64,000 nucleotides of DNA from Ignavibacteriota bacterium (lineage in GTDB: Bacteria; Bacteroidota; Ignavibacteria; UBA10030): the NCBI GenBank assembly GCA_963701295.1, contig OY969585.1:512827-576826 (forward strand), written 5' to 3'. Numbering within the stretch: position 1 is the stretch's first letter; every line of letters begins with the position of its first letter. The notes below the pieces were generated by a model, which made no database searches, had not been told where the DNA came from, and worked only from the letters and a program-made list of their open reading frames with translations. Below are positions 20,141-31,235 of this stretch, piece by piece. The position numbers and the translations under genes are program-made.

Positions 20141-20677
20141 TTATTTTACTGAACAAAACTCATGTTTTAATACATCGGACTTTCTTTTTGCTAGCCTTAG
20201 AGCAAGCTTCATGTATTTATCTGACTCACAATTATTAGGACATATGTATTTAATTTCTCGATCTTGAGTAATTTCAGCCAAACACTGCATATAAATTTTA
20301 ATTTCTGGATCGTTCCCTTGACCATTTTTCTTCCACCCACAATTATTTCTCCAGTACTTGCAATTTGCCAGATATTCCTTGATATCATGATCGGGACAAA
20401 TAACGATTATCGGTATGCTATAGTCAGTAATCGAACTCATAGCATGCGAACATGCTTCTAAAAGTGCTTTTTCTCGAGATCCATTAAATATGTACCCAGA
20501 ATTATTCAATTCCCTGTCAATTCCTACAATTACTAATCCCCATACCCATATATATTTTCCATTTTGTATGTTTTTTCTCAAGGCTGAAAGATAAATCATC
20601 TTTTTAAAAGGTCGATTTTCCTCGTTATAATTTTTAGTTTCTTTCAATTTTATAATCACTTTAATCCCCCTCCCCAT
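20141..20677 (-). CDS. Hypothetical cysteine-rich protein (island cargo)
   Basis: 178-aa ORF with many Cys residues. No recognisable family. Confidence 0.35.
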   Translation of the reverse strand: MGRGIKVIIKLKETKNYNEENRPFKKMIYLSALRKNIQNGKYIWVWGLVIVGIDRELNNSGYIFNGSREKALLEACSHAMSSITDYSIPIIVICPDHDIKEYLANCKYWRNNCGWKKNGQGNDPEIKIYMQCLAEITQDREIKYICPNNCESDKYMKLALRLAKRKSDVLKHEFCSVK

Positions 20678-21475
20678 TTTATCTAGTACAACACAAGTTT
20701 AATTTGATTTTTTTAATTCAGTATATTGTTGTTTGATTTGTCATTATTACTTCAGGTACAACAGTGTATACATGCAAACATCTTCGCACTTCGTGCGATT
20801 GCGAACACCTCGCAAATAACGCTCGTGTTCGCAAATTATGTATTTTTCTTCTTTCATTTTATCCTACCTTAGGGCGGATTTCAGCCAGCCCTTTTTTCTC
20901 AAGGGCTATTTTTCTATTAAACTCAAATTGTTACGTCTTATGAAAAGAAGTTATGAGCTTCTCTCTAGTTTTATCCTACCTCAGGTATGGATTCTTTACC
21001 ACATAGATCAAACTCTTTTAAGAAGATTGAATAGGCCGGGGTGCCCGTCTGCCTATGCGGATAACTTTCATATGTGAATTTATCCATTTTATGTGGTCCC
21101 AGTCCCGGTCTATAAACGACCCAGGAAGCACCGCTGGCTACTACTTGGATTTCCTTTTCAGGAAGAGCAATCCGTTAGAATCTTTTCGACATCGACATTG
21201 AGTTATTTTTTTCATTTAATTGCAATCTTATTTTGTTTAACATTTTCTGTTATTGTTGTCAATTTATAAAAGCTATATATAATGTTGATGAACATATTTT
21301 GTTCTTCTATACTATATATAGCCTTGAACAAAATTTTAGCAACTGAAATGAGTGTAAAAAGAGACGCCCATATAGGAACTTCCTATATGGAAAATCGAAG
21401 GAAAAATCAGTTTATGAAGAGATGGTTTGGTAGAAAAAACAATTCAGAACAATATAATGAACGACACCTCAATGA

Positions 21476-22111
21476 TCAGTCAGACAAGATTTCTACTTCT
21501 CCCGAAATAAAATCATCCAGCTTTATTTCCCTCTGACCTGAATTCTCAGTGTAAACTAAAGTCGGAACAACAATCACTATTTTCATAGGTTTGATACAGA
21601 GCTTCCTCCTGAATATTCTATTTTTCGCACCTAATCTTTTATCTTTCCTAAACGCTGTAACTAGGTTCATTAGATTCAAGAAATCTCTTATTTTTTTGTC
21701 AGATAGTGAATTGTCATTTTCAAGAATATTAATCTGACCATGTCTGAGTAATGCATAACACAGTGCTACTCGCAACAATTGGTTCCACATTTCATTAGTG
21801 ATTTTATCTGATAGACTATATCGCCATTTAGCCTGCTCATTATATTTTTTATCTATTTCAACATGTTCGAAACCCTCTGATGGCGCATCTCTATTATAAA
21901 TCCATCGACTACGCATTTTATCAATAAGGGTACTAATATCATCGTATGAGCACTTATGCTTGACAAGCCTGTCATTCATTTTTTCCATAATATCACTTGC
22001 AAAGATTCCTTTTTTTCTAATTTTCATATTTAGTTTATCTTCAACAAGGATTGCTAATAACTGCAAGGCTCGATATTCCATCTCTAATTCTTCAGTAGCC
22101 ATTTCACCCAT
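21476..22111 (-). CDS. Hypothetical protein (island cargo)
   Basis: 211-aa ORF with AT-rich flanks. Confidence 0.35.
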   Translation of the reverse strand: MGEMATEELEMEYRALQLLAILVEDKLNMKIRKKGIFASDIMEKMNDRLVKHKCSYDDISTLIDKMRSRWIYNRDAPSEGFEHVEIDKKYNEQAKWRYSLSDKITNEMWNQLLRVALCYALLRHGQINILENDNSLSDKKIRDFLNLMNLVTAFRKDKRLGAKNRIFRRKLCIKPMKIVIVVPTLVYTENSGQREIKLDDFISGEVEILSD

Positions 22112-22787
22112 AGGTCAATTCCTTCTTTTTCTGAGTTTGTTCATTCTTGTCTGACATCAATGCAGTGATACCAGACCCGTGTTCGTTAAACATATAGTAT
22201 GAATTTGATAATAGTCAAAAATCCTTTTACAGTTACTCGTTATGGACTCGAATGGCATTTCGCACTCTCGATACTTCCTTTAAAATCACTAAAACCATTT
22301 TGCGAGTTATGCATAAAATATCTTCTCTTTAAACTATCATCTTGAAAGTTAAGAATCAATAACGATTGCATTCAATGACAAGTGCCACCACAATTCCCCA
22401 TGTCAGAGGCCTTCAGTGCCAGATGATTTCCTGTTTCCTCTAACATTTTATCCAAAAAGTTTGGTGATCTATTTCAATCTGAAAATCACCAAATATTTGC
22501 TTAGTAAGGAGTTTATTTTAGATATATTTGTCTCATCACAGGTCCCTCTGCATACACTACAAACAATTGAAATAACCCCAAAAATGCTCCTATTACTGCT
22601 AAGAAGATTACGAGACCTAGCCATTCCCACATCATAATTGCTAATATCAGCCCTTCAAAAACTGCCATTACAACTAACTACACCATTGTTCCAGAAGAAG
22701 TGTCAGGTACTGCCCCCCGAATCATGGTCCAATTTGAATGTTAGTTTTTTGTTACATTCACATTATTGGAGCTAGGAGGAACAGACC

Positions 22788-23051
22788 ATGAAGAAACGAT
22801 TCACGGAAGCACAGATAGCATTTGCCTTGAGACAGGCGTCATCAGGGATACCCATTGGAGAGATCACCCGAAAGATGGGAGTCTCGGATGTGACATTCTA
22901 TCGATGGAAAAAGCTCTATGCAAATTTAGAAGTATCGGAGATACGGCGCCTGAAGCAGCTGGAGGAAGATAATCGCCGATTGAAACAACTTGTGGCAGAT
23001 TTGACACTCGATAAGCAAATGCTGCAGGAAGTATTATCAAAAAAGCTCTAA
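22788..23051 (+). CDS. IS3 transposase OrfA (helix-turn-helix)
   Basis: ...SSGIPIGEITRKMGVSDVTFYRWKK... plus a leucine zipper. Ends just after an A6G slippery site. Confidence 0.85.
   Translation: MKKRFTEAQIAFALRQASSGIPIGEITRKMGVSDVTFYRWKKLYANLEVSEIRRLKQLEEDNRRLKQLVADLTLDKQMLQEVLSKKL
23039..23045 (+). promoter_or_regulatory. Programmed -1 ribosomal frameshift site (A AAA AAG) linking orfA to orfB
   Basis: The heptamer AAAAAAG lies in the orfA frame. The -1 frame continues as KKALKPALRRELIQEV..., which is OrfB. Confidence 0.7.
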
Positions 23052-23071
23052 AGCCTGCCCTTCGCCGGGAG

Positions 23072-23890
23072 TTGATCCAGGAGGTGCAGGCAATCTATGG
23101 AGCAAGTGAACGGCGGGCTTTGAGAGTAATGAAATGGCCACGGTCAACACATCGCCAAAAAAGCGCTCGAGATCCGCAACTGCCATTACGGTTGCGCTTG
23201 CGGGAGTTAGCAGCAACACGCATAGCATACGGATATCGTCGGCTTCATGTGCTTTTAAGACGTGAAGGTTGGCAGATCAACCACAAAAGAGTGTATAGGC
23301 TATATCGTATGGAAGGCCTGTCAATACGTAAGAAAATACCTCGACGAAGAGTGGCTTGTGTAAAGCGGGAGATACGCCCGGCGGCATTGACGAGGAATGA
23401 GTGTTGGAGTATGGACTTTGTCTCTGATCAACTATTTGACAATAGACGTCTAAGAGTGCTGGTGATCTTAGAGAATTACACCAGGCAATGTTTAGCACTT
23501 GAAGTAAATGCAAAGATACGAGGTATCGATGTGGCAACGACGTTAGAACAAATCACACGTGAACATGGATTTCCGAAACAGATCAAGGTGGACAATGGAC
23601 CGGAATTTATCTCGAAGGATTTAGATCGATGGGCGTACTGGAATCATGTTGAATTGGATTTTAGTCGTCCGGGCAGACCATCGGACAATGCACTGGTGGA
23701 AGCGTTCAACTCTCGTTTTAGACAAGAGTGTTTAAATCAGCATTGGTTCCTGTCGCTGGAAGATGCAAAAGAGAAACTTTCTGCCTGGCGAAACGAATAC
23801 AATACCCAGAGGCCGCACAGCTCTTTAGGTTATAGAACACCGTTGGAAGGTAGGATGAAAACAAGCAATGCTGAAGCCTTTGCAGCATAA
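23072..23890 (+). CDS. IS3 transposase OrfB (DDE/rve integrase core); the OrfAB fusion arises by -1 frameshift
   Basis: rve-domain motifs ...WSMDFVSD...NGPEF...; the frame is open upstream back to the slippery site. Confidence 0.85.
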   Translation: MIQEVQAIYGASERRALRVMKWPRSTHRQKSARDPQLPLRLRLRELAATRIAYGYRRLHVLLRREGWQINHKRVYRLYRMEGLSIRKKIPRRRVACVKREIRPAALTRNECWSMDFVSDQLFDNRRLRVLVILENYTRQCLALEVNAKIRGIDVATTLEQITREHGFPKQIKVDNGPEFISKDLDRWAYWNHVELDFSRPGRPSDNALVEAFNSRFRQECLNQHWFLSLEDAKEKLSAWRNEYNTQRPHSSLGYRTPLEGRMKTSNAEAFAA

Positions 23891-23971
23891 AATCACAAAA
23901 AAACTTACATTGAACTTGGACCTGCGATGGGGGCAAGTACCCAATATACTTTTTACTAAATTTATATTGGA

Positions 23972-24340
23972 TCACTTTTTGGGGGGCAGGTCAGTCGCAT
24001 ACTTGACACTCTTGCCGATTAGATGCTGGAGGTAGGATTCAATATGTTGCTGCTGAATCCTGATAATGGCCGCTGGTTCGATTGAATCGACCGATATATC
24101 CTGACTTTGGAGAAATCCTTTCAGATCACTGATATAGGACTCAATGGAGTTTTCTGCGACCTTCTGCTTTTTCAAGGATTGAATAAAGGCACTTAACGAA
24201 ATAAAGTTCGATTCGGATGGTTGACTTTGATTCAACGAGATATCCTCTGGTTCGATTAACTCACCACTAGTCAGAAAAAATTCTTCTATAAGGCGATTTC
24301 CAAGCTCATAGATGCCAATAACAGCACTTTTAAAAATCAA
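23972..24340 (-). CDS. Hypothetical protein
   Basis: 122-aa ORF abutting the right end of the IS. Confidence 0.3.
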   Translation of the reverse strand: MIFKSAVIGIYELGNRLIEEFFLTSGELIEPEDISLNQSQPSESNFISLSAFIQSLKKQKVAENSIESYISDLKGFLQSQDISVDSIEPAAIIRIQQQHIESYLQHLIGKSVKYATDLPPKK

Positions 24341-24715
24341 TGTTATAGAATAACAGCGTTTTCAAAAAATTAGTGTTATTCGTTTGTTCACAGGCGGTTC
24401 TGATCTTTTGTGACCGCTGAATCAGAGAAGTTATTCTCTAATGATGGGGATACAATTAAAGGGATTCGAAAGGTGAAACAAGCAGGAATTTATTCCTGCT
24501 TGATTTTAAAGAAAATGATAATCGAAACATTACTCAACAATACAGATTATGAATGAAGGAAAGGATTACTCATCAAAAGATAAAAAAGGATGAGTCTTTA
24601 CCCTGTTTCCATCGGAACCATTGATATTTAGCATATGTTTAAATAGTATCGTCACTAATAATTTTGATGTAATCCGAAAAGCAAATATCAAAGAAACGAA
24701 AGGTGAAATTAATCC

Positions 24716-25654
24716 ATGATTGCCGTAATATTTGCTTCACGAATAAGTAAGTTCACGAGATCATTAATAGCAGTAGCCATCATCCTCCTATCGTTTCCTG
24801 CAGTGGGCAATGCGTGTGCATGTGGCTGCAATGTTTTCTCTGTCAGTTCAATGTGGGGGATGCCGACTTCTTCCGGCATCAGAATGGCTTTACTTTACGA
24901 TTATATGGATCAGCGCAATAACTGGTCTGACTGGCGAACCGCGGCATCAAATCTCAATAGCAATATTGAACTGCGAACGAATTTTTATACATTCGGATTA
25001 CAATATATGGCAGACCGGAAGTGGGGTGTGATGATTGAACTCCCTGTGTGGGATCGTTACTTCGTCACGACAGATGATGACGGTGTCACATCATCCGCAC
25101 AGCACACAACATTAGCGGATGTTAGGGTGATGGGCATGTATACAGGTTTATCTGAAGACATGTCAATGGGTATCCTCTTTGGTTTGAAGCTGCCAACCGG
25201 ATCTTTCAACCAATCACTTTTGGATAGGGATACACAGATTGGAACAGGAACAACGGATTTATTGTTGGGCGCGTACAGAATGGGACAGGAAAATGGATGG
25301 GGATGGTATACACAGGCATTGTTTCAACATGCACTGAGTCCGCGTGATGACTACCGACCTGGCGACAACTTCGATATAAGTATCGGGATGCATTATGATA
25401 ATCTTTTAGAGAGGTATAACATTATACCGATGGTGCAGCTTGTAGCATCCTTCCGAGGTATGGACAGCGGATTAAATGCAAGTCCCGATAATACGGGCTA
25501 TGAACGGTTGTACATTTCTCCCGGCCTCGAAGTTACTGCAATCGGTCATCTCAGTATCTTGGGAAACTTGAAGATACCCATCATGACACACGTGAACGGA
25601 TATCAACTTGTCGCACCAGCACTATCAACTGTAACCTTGAGTTACCGTTTTTAG
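24716..25654 (+). CDS. Outer-membrane beta-barrel protein (MetA-pathway/transporter-like family, putative) with an N-terminal CACGC motif
   Basis: Signal peptide. Alternating amphipathic beta-strands. C-terminal ...LSYRF ending in an aromatic residue. Confidence 0.5.
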   Translation: MIAVIFASRISKFTRSLIAVAIILLSFPAVGNACACGCNVFSVSSMWGMPTSSGIRMALLYDYMDQRNNWSDWRTAASNLNSNIELRTNFYTFGLQYMADRKWGVMIELPVWDRYFVTTDDDGVTSSAQHTTLADVRVMGMYTGLSEDMSMGILFGLKLPTGSFNQSLLDRDTQIGTGTTDLLLGAYRMGQENGWGWYTQALFQHALSPRDDYRPGDNFDISIGMHYDNLLERYNIIPMVQLVASFRGMDSGLNASPDNTGYERLYISPGLEVTAIGHLSILGNLKIPIMTHVNGYQLVAPALSTVTLSYRF

Positions 25655-25679
25655 ATTCAATAATTACAACTTTACATCT

Positions 25680-26732
25680 CTATTTTGAAAGAACGGTAAC
25701 GTGTCTTTCTTTAAGCCATAAAGAAACATTTACCAAACTGATAAGTACAGGTACTTCAACTAATGGGCCAATAACGGCTGCAAATGCAACACCGGAATTG
25801 ATTCCAAATACTGCAATAGAGACTGCTATTGCCAATTCGAAGTTATTGCTCGCAGCCGTAAAGGAAAGCGTTGCGGACTTTGCGTAATCGGCTCCCGCCT
25901 TCTTTGCTAGATAAAATGATATAAAGAACATCAAAACGAAATACACGACAAGAGGAAGAGCAATGCGTAATACATCCAGAGGAATTTTCACTATGTACTC
26001 ACCTTTTAGTGAGAACATAACTACGATCGTAAACAAGAGTGCAATGAGGGTTATCGGTGAGATTTTAGGAATGAACTTTTGCTCGTACCATTGCTTTCCT
26101 TTCAGTCGCAACATTGTGAATCGAGTAATTATTCCTGCAAAGAAAGGAATGCCGAGATAGATGAAAACGCTTTTAGCTATTTGTCCTATTGTGATATCCA
26201 CAGCAAATGTCCGCAAACCTAACCACGTCGGAAGCACCGTCAGAAACACATACGCATAGACAGAAAAGAACAGCACTTGGAAGATCGAATTGAAGGCAAC
26301 AAGTCCTGCAGCATATTCCGTATCACCTTTTGCAAGTTCATTCCAAACGATAACCATAGCGATGCAGCGAGCAAGTCCGATGATGATCAATCCTGCCATA
26401 TATTCTGGATATCCGCGGAGAAAAATAATAGCAAGAATGAACATCATCACAGGTCCAACAAGCCAGTTTTGGATCAGGGAAAGTGAAAGCACTTTTGTAT
26501 TCTTGAAAACATCGCCAAGTTCTTCATATTTCACTTTTGCTAATGGCAGATACATCATGAGAATCAAACCGATGGCAATAGGAATATTGGTCGTTCCGGA
26601 CTGAAAGGAATTCCAGAAGCCAACGATGCCTGGGAAGAAATAACCCGACAATACTCCAAAAACCATCGCGAGAAATATCCAGAGCGTCAGATACCGGTCA
26701 AGAAATGAAAGCCGCTTTATCACATTTTGCAT
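25680..26732 (-). CDS. acr3: ACR3-family arsenite efflux permease
   Basis: N-terminus [20 protein letters not shown] characteristic of ACR3/ArsB(Bsu). 10 TM segments. Next to arsC. Confidence 0.85.
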   Translation of the reverse strand: MQNVIKRLSFLDRYLTLWIFLAMVFGVLSGYFFPGIVGFWNSFQSGTTNIPIAIGLILMMYLPLAKVKYEELGDVFKNTKVLSLSLIQNWLVGPVMMFILAIIFLRGYPEYMAGLIIIGLARCIAMVIVWNELAKGDTEYAAGLVAFNSIFQVLFFSVYAYVFLTVLPTWLGLRTFAVDITIGQIAKSVFIYLGIPFFAGIITRFTMLRLKGKQWYEQKFIPKISPITLIALLFTIVVMFSLKGEYIVKIPLDVLRIALPLVVYFVLMFFISFYLAKKAGADYAKSATLSFTAASNNFELAIAVSIAVFGINSGVAFAAVIGPLVEVPVLISLVNVSLWLKERHVTVLSK

Positions 26733-26741
26733 GTCAAGCTC

Positions 26742-27185
26742 TTAGTTTAATCTTGAGGGTTGTGGTTCAGCAATCCATTTTTCGATTTGAGCTTTTATTT
26801 GATTGCGGATATCTATTGTTTTGTGAAGTTTCTCTTCGAATGTCCCTTGCAGATTTGAAGGATCGGGAAAGCTCCAATGAAGCTTCTTTGCAATACCCGG
26901 GAATATTGGACATCGCTCACTGCTTGCTTCATCACAGACTGTAATGACATAATTAAAACGCCGTCCCTGCTTATAAAGATCAAACACATCTTGTGTCTTC
27001 TTTTGAGAAATATCAATTGCCATGTCCTTCATAGCTTCGATTGCAAGAGGATTAAGTATTCCGGGTTCAAGTCCGGCGCTTTCAGCAATGAACCTATTTC
27101 CTGCAAGATGGTTTAATAGCGCTTCTGCCATTTGGCTTCTCGCACTATTATGAACGCAAACGAAAAGAACTTTTTCTTTCTCCAT
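26742..27185 (-). CDS. arsC: Arsenate reductase, LMW-PTP / thioredoxin-coupled type
   Basis: P-loop [16 protein letters not shown] with downstream Cys residues. About 147 aa. Confidence 0.8.
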   Translation of the reverse strand: MEKEKVLFVCVHNSARSQMAEALLNHLAGNRFIAESAGLEPGILNPLAIEAMKDMAIDISQKKTQDVFDLYKQGRRFNYVITVCDEASSERCPIFPGIAKKLHWSFPDPSNLQGTFEEKLHKTIDIRNQIKAQIEKWIAEPQPSRLN

Positions 27186-27329
27186 AGTATCTCCTTAACG
27201 ATTTAATGATTCCATTGAATATTCTTGCGGAAATATTTTAAGTCTGTTCCTGTCATTTAGATTACTTTCACGCAATGTAATATAATGGGAATAGACAATG
27301 GAGAGAAGTTACCTTATTGTTAACTTTTT

Positions 27330-28109
27330 TCAATTCTTCAACTTCTTGTATAGTGCATTCAATCTGTCTTGATAAAATCCTTTGATTGTGGTTTCTTCTT
27401 CAGCTAATGGTCTTACCGGCACTAAATCCATAACTTCGGCCGGTGTCAACCCAGATTCGTACATTGTCTTTGCAGCACCGTTAAGCATTTTTGGAATGGC
27501 ATCCTCCAGAGTATTATCCGATATGCCAAAGGATTTTGCTAGTTCCTGCAATTCATACAATTGAAACCAAAAATAGGTCGGTCCCATCGCTGTGGTAATT
27601 GCAAATGATTCTAGGAGTTCCTCCGGCACTTCCGGGCAATCACCTAGTATGCCGAACAGTTCGAGCACTGTCTTCCTTTTATCTTCACTTATAGTGCTGG
27701 AGAATGCAACCGGATTGTATCCGGCATTTACAACGGAGGGGGCGTTTGGATTAATACGAGCAATGTTTTTAAATCCACCGAGTCCCTCAGAGAGTTTAGC
27801 AATTGATACTTTTGGAGCTAGTGATATAACAAGCGCTGATGGATTCATAACGGATTTGATTTCCTGCAATATCTCACTAACTACCGGAGGGTGAAGTCCG
27901 ACAAGAACAATATCACACGATGCCGGTAGTTTTGCATTGTTGACTACCATTTCGATGTGTTGAAACTCGTTTTTTAGTTTATTCAAAACATCTGCATTGT
28001 TATCGCTCACGACGATCTTGTTCGGAAGTTTTCCGACACGGCTCCATCCCTTTAATATGATCTTTGCAACACGACCGCCGCCTATAAAGCCAATTGTCAA
28101 TTGTTCCAT
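27330..28109 (-). CDS. NADP-dependent oxidoreductase, pyrroline-5-carboxylate reductase (ProC)/F420-oxidoreductase-like
   Basis: N-terminal Rossmann motif IGFIGGGRVAKII. ProC-like C-terminal dimerisation region. Confidence 0.6.
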   Translation of the reverse strand: MEQLTIGFIGGGRVAKIILKGWSRVGKLPNKIVVSDNNADVLNKLKNEFQHIEMVVNNAKLPASCDIVLVGLHPPVVSEILQEIKSVMNPSALVISLAPKVSIAKLSEGLGGFKNIARINPNAPSVVNAGYNPVAFSSTISEDKRKTVLELFGILGDCPEVPEELLESFAITTAMGPTYFWFQLYELQELAKSFGISDNTLEDAIPKMLNGAAKTMYESGLTPAEVMDLVPVRPLAEEETTIKGFYQDRLNALYKKLKN

Positions 28110-28123
28110 ATCTGACTCTCCCC

Positions 28124-28531
28124 TTAATGTAATTTTTCAGTGTGATCTAATATCGTTCCGGCTATAACGGCTTGCACAGCTTCATCAATTGTTGTTATAT
28201 CCGTTACAACAGGTTTGATGTGTAATTGAAGCATACTTTGATACGCCCCGTTACCCATGCCGCGTGCAAGTAAAATCTGGCAATCCTTAATTGCTTCAGC
28301 CATACTGATATGCTTATTGTGGGATGACTCATCAAGGCCGTGTTGAGTGCCGGAATGATGATGTTCTTCGTGAGCGAAATTGTGATGGCCTATTTTCTCG
28401 CGGCGTTCTCTTTTAACAACTATGCCGTTTTCGACAAACAATACTTCATAGAACTTTGCTCTTCCGAAATGCTGACTGATTGTCAAGCCGTCATCTGTAA
28501 CGACCGCAATATTGATGTTTTTATTTTCCAT
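28124..28531 (-). CDS. NifX/NifB-C-terminal-like protein (dinitrogenase FeMo-cofactor biosynthesis family)
   Basis: IAVVTDDGLTISQHFGRAKFYEVL... pattern typical of the family. Confidence 0.55.
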   Translation of the reverse strand: MENKNINIAVVTDDGLTISQHFGRAKFYEVLFVENGIVVKRERREKIGHHNFAHEEHHHSGTQHGLDESSHNKHISMAEAIKDCQILLARGMGNGAYQSMLQLHIKPVVTDITTIDEAVQAVIAGTILDHTEKLH

Positions 28532-28543
28532 TTTGATATTCCT

Positions 28544-29245
28544 TTAGAATGATGAATAGAAAGTGTAGATTCCGCCAAGAATGACGAGAACTCCTGCAAT
28601 GCGTTTTATCCATAAAACGATATTCGATCTGTTTGTCCAATCGAGATATGCTTGTATACGGGAAGTAAGTCCGCCCGCTGCAACGATAACTCCGCAATGT
28701 CCGAGTCCGAAAGCGAGAAGCAACATTCCCCCTGCTATAACGTTTGTGCTCGACATCTGAAACACAATACCTAAAACCGGTGCCATAAATGCAAATGTGC
28801 ACGGACCAAGTGCTATTCCGAATATCAATCCGAGAACAAATGCAGACCAGAGCGCTGAACGATTCTGTATGGGACGTAGATTCACTCCTGTATCAGGAAG
28901 GCGAATAATGTCCATCAGGTACAGCCCAACGATAAAGAAAACAACTGCAACAGCATATTTTCCATATGCACCAACATCTCCCATAATTCTTCCGAGAGAT
29001 GCAGTGATAATTCCGAGAACAGCAATTGTCAGTAAGATTCCAACAGCGAAAACGAAAGCAAGAAATACACCCCGTGATGTCTTTTTCTCATTTTTTGATG
29101 TGAGGAAACCAATGATAAGTGGAATACTTGATAAATGACACGGGCTTAGAAGAATGCTTAATATTCCCCATGAAAAGGAAGCAAGCAATGCAAGTGCCAG
29201 GTTTCCGTATAGAGCTTCCGTGAGTGCTGTGAAGAGAGACTCCAT
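28544..29245 (-). CDS. ccdA: CcdA/DsbD-like transmembrane thiol-disulfide electron transporter
   Basis: 6-TM protein with two conserved Cys residues in TM segments (LSPCHL..., LGPCTF). Confidence 0.75.
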   Translation of the reverse strand: MESLFTALTEALYGNLALALLASFSWGILSILLSPCHLSSIPLIIGFLTSKNEKKTSRGVFLAFVFAVGILLTIAVLGIITASLGRIMGDVGAYGKYAVAVVFFIVGLYLMDIIRLPDTGVNLRPIQNRSALWSAFVLGLIFGIALGPCTFAFMAPVLGIVFQMSSTNVIAGGMLLLAFGLGHCGVIVAAGGLTSRIQAYLDWTNRSNIVLWIKRIAGVLVILGGIYTFYSSF

Positions 29246-29248
29246 CGG

Positions 29249-29686
29249 TTATCCTTTTGAGTTGGAATTAGGTTTCAAACCTTTCGATTGCAGGAAAGCA
29301 TCAATCTCTTTTTCCGGAAAATATCCTTCATGCCGCATAAGCTCTTTGCCGTTTGCATCAAGAAAGACTTGCGTTGGTATCAAGCGGATATTATAGTCTT
29401 TTGCAAAATGCGCTTGTTCTTCTTTCCATACATCGTAAAATACTATCTTGATTTGACTGCCGTATTTTTCTTCAACTGCTTTCATCACCTTTTGCATGGC
29501 TTTGCAGGGAATACAATTTACCGATCCGAGTTCAACGAATGTGATGAGCGGGTTGGCAATTGTTGCGCTGGTATCCTTCGTTACAGAAGTGGGTTTTGTT
29601 TTCTTCGTGGTTTTCTTTGATTGTGCAAATGCCGCTGAACCAAAAGCGATGCTTAGAATCAGAAATAATACTATTTGTCTTTTCAT
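29249..29686 (-). CDS. Periplasmic thioredoxin-fold protein (TlpA/ResA-like, CxxC = CIPC) with signal peptide
   Basis: Signal peptide MKRQIVLFLILSIAFGSAAFA. Active site VNCIPCKAM. Redox partner of CcdA. Confidence 0.7.
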   Translation of the reverse strand: MKRQIVLFLILSIAFGSAAFAQSKKTTKKTKPTSVTKDTSATIANPLITFVELGSVNCIPCKAMQKVMKAVEEKYGSQIKIVFYDVWKEEQAHFAKDYNIRLIPTQVFLDANGKELMRHEGYFPEKEIDAFLQSKGLKPNSNSKG

Positions 29687-29925
29687 GTGTGTGCTCCACT
29701 CAACCAAGAAAGGAGTTGTTCGTCTTTAGGAATTGAACCTGAACTCTTCACAGCGCCATCAACGACTAAGCCGGGAGTAGCGAGAATGCCGAATTTCATA
29801 ATTTCCTGCAGATCGGTCACTTTTTCGATTTCCAAATTAAGTCGATGCTTATCATTCAACGACCGGACTTTTTGTTCAAGTGTTTTACATTTCGCACAGC
29901 CTGAACCGAGTATTTGAATTTTCAT
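29683..29925 (-). CDS. Small thioredoxin-like 'redox-active disulfide protein 2' family protein
   Basis: MKIQILGSGCAKCKTLEQ... About 80 aa. Its stop overlaps the downstream start as ATGA. Confidence 0.7.
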   Translation of the reverse strand: MKIQILGSGCAKCKTLEQKVRSLNDKHRLNLEIEKVTDLQEIMKFGILATPGLVVDGAVKSSGSIPKDEQLLSWLSGAHT

Positions 29926-29946
29926 CTGTAGATTCCTACTATTTTG

Positions 29947-30972
29947 TTAATACACAAGGTTAAATACATACCCTACGATGATAATACCTACTGCAACGAC
30001 GCTAACAAAAATGAATATCAACGGCATTTTCAAAACTTTCCGCAATATAATTGTTTCAGGCAATGAGAGACCAATCACCGACATCATAAAGGCAAGCGTT
30101 GTGCCGAGCGATGCACCTTTTTCAAGCAGTGCATGAACAACGGGAATGATACCAGCTGCATTCGAGTAGAGTGGAACACCGATGAGGACAGCAATGGGAA
30201 CTGACCACCATGCGGACTTTCCCATAAGACTGGCCATGAAATTCTCCGGCACATATCCATGAATACCTGCTCCGACGGCTATGCCGACGAGAAGATATGG
30301 CCATACTTTTCCAACAATATCATTTACTGCGTCATAACCCGAGTGCATCCGGTCACGGAATGTTTGCACTGTTTCTTCCGGTGAAGCAGCATTGGAATGG
30401 ATTTGATAGACCCAATCTTCAACGAAATGTTCGACCTTCAACCTGCCAATGACGTAACCGGAAGTGATGGCGATGAGCAATCCTGTACTCACATAGAGCA
30501 AAGCTGTCTGCCAACCGAATAAACCGAATAACAATACAACGGCCACTTCATTGATCATTGGCGCTGCAATGAGGAAAGAGAATGTGACGCCAAGAGGGAT
30601 TCCCGACTCCACGAAACCAATGAAGAGTGGGATTGCTGAACATGAGCAAAACGGAGTGACAATGCCGAGCATACTTGCAAGAACATTGCCTGTAAAGAGA
30701 GATTTTCCTCCTAACATCTTGCGAGTACGTTCCGGGGAAAAGTATGTCCGCACAATACCGACTGCAAAAACCACAAGTGTAAGAAGCAATAATACTTTCG
30801 GCGCTTCGTAAACAAAGAATCTTACGGCTTCCATCAATCGTTGGCCTTGGACTAATCCTGTCAAAGAAATAAATGCGTCTGCAAGAGGCTGCAACGCTGT
30901 ATACAGTATAACCCAAAGCAGCAAAAGAATCGTTGCGGCGCTAAGCGTATATTGTTCAATCATCTTCTTCAT
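29947..30972 (-). CDS. arsP: ArsP-type permease (DUF318) with the TPFCSCS motif
   Basis: ...GIVTPFCSCSAIPLF... matches the conserved ArsP TPFcSCS motif. 8 TM segments. Confidence 0.75.
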   Translation of the reverse strand: MKKMIEQYTLSAATILLLLWVILYTALQPLADAFISLTGLVQGQRLMEAVRFFVYEAPKVLLLLTLVVFAVGIVRTYFSPERTRKMLGGKSLFTGNVLASMLGIVTPFCSCSAIPLFIGFVESGIPLGVTFSFLIAAPMINEVAVVLLFGLFGWQTALLYVSTGLLIAITSGYVIGRLKVEHFVEDWVYQIHSNAASPEETVQTFRDRMHSGYDAVNDIVGKVWPYLLVGIAVGAGIHGYVPENFMASLMGKSAWWSVPIAVLIGVPLYSNAAGIIPVVHALLEKGASLGTTLAFMMSVIGLSLPETIILRKVLKMPLIFIFVSVVAVGIIIVGYVFNLVY

Positions 30973-31217
30973 AATACACTCGTGTGCTCCAAGAGAATCT
31001 CTTTAAGCTTTTCTACGGTAGGCACAAAGCCCGCTATAGCGACCTTTTCGTCTATGACCAATCCGGGTGTCCGCATGATGCCGTAGGAAGCGATCTTCTG
31101 ATAGTCTTGGACCTTTTCAACGACAGCTTCGAGGTTCAATTCCTGTAACGCTTCCTTCGTCCGCTTTTCTAGTGTTTGACAATTCATACAGCCGGACCCT
31201 AACACTTTAATAATCAT
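30969..31217 (-). CDS. Second small thioredoxin-like redox-active disulfide protein
   Basis: MIIKVLGSGCMNCQTLEKR... It is a paralogue of the gene at 29683-29925. Confidence 0.7.
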   Translation of the reverse strand: MIIKVLGSGCMNCQTLEKRTKEALQELNLEAVVEKVQDYQKIASYGIMRTPGLVIDEKVAIAGFVPTVEKLKEILLEHTSVL

Positions 31218-31235
31218 TTTCCTTCCTTTCGCAGA

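Larger units (their letters stand above)
22691..23993 (+). mobile_element. IS3-family insertion sequence, about 1.3 kb, with orfA/orfB and imperfect terminal inverted repeats (TGTCAGGTACTGCCCCCC... / ...GGGGGGCAGGTCA)
   Basis: The left end TGTCAGGtaCTGCCCCCC and the reverse complement of the right end TGACCTGCCCCCC are visibly related. Internal transposase genes. Confidence 0.75.

Noticed and set aside
20838-21077. 79-aa ORF in the island intergenic region
   Set aside because: It has low-complexity, AT-rich composition driven by the duplicated DNA motif and has no RBS, so it is probably non-coding.
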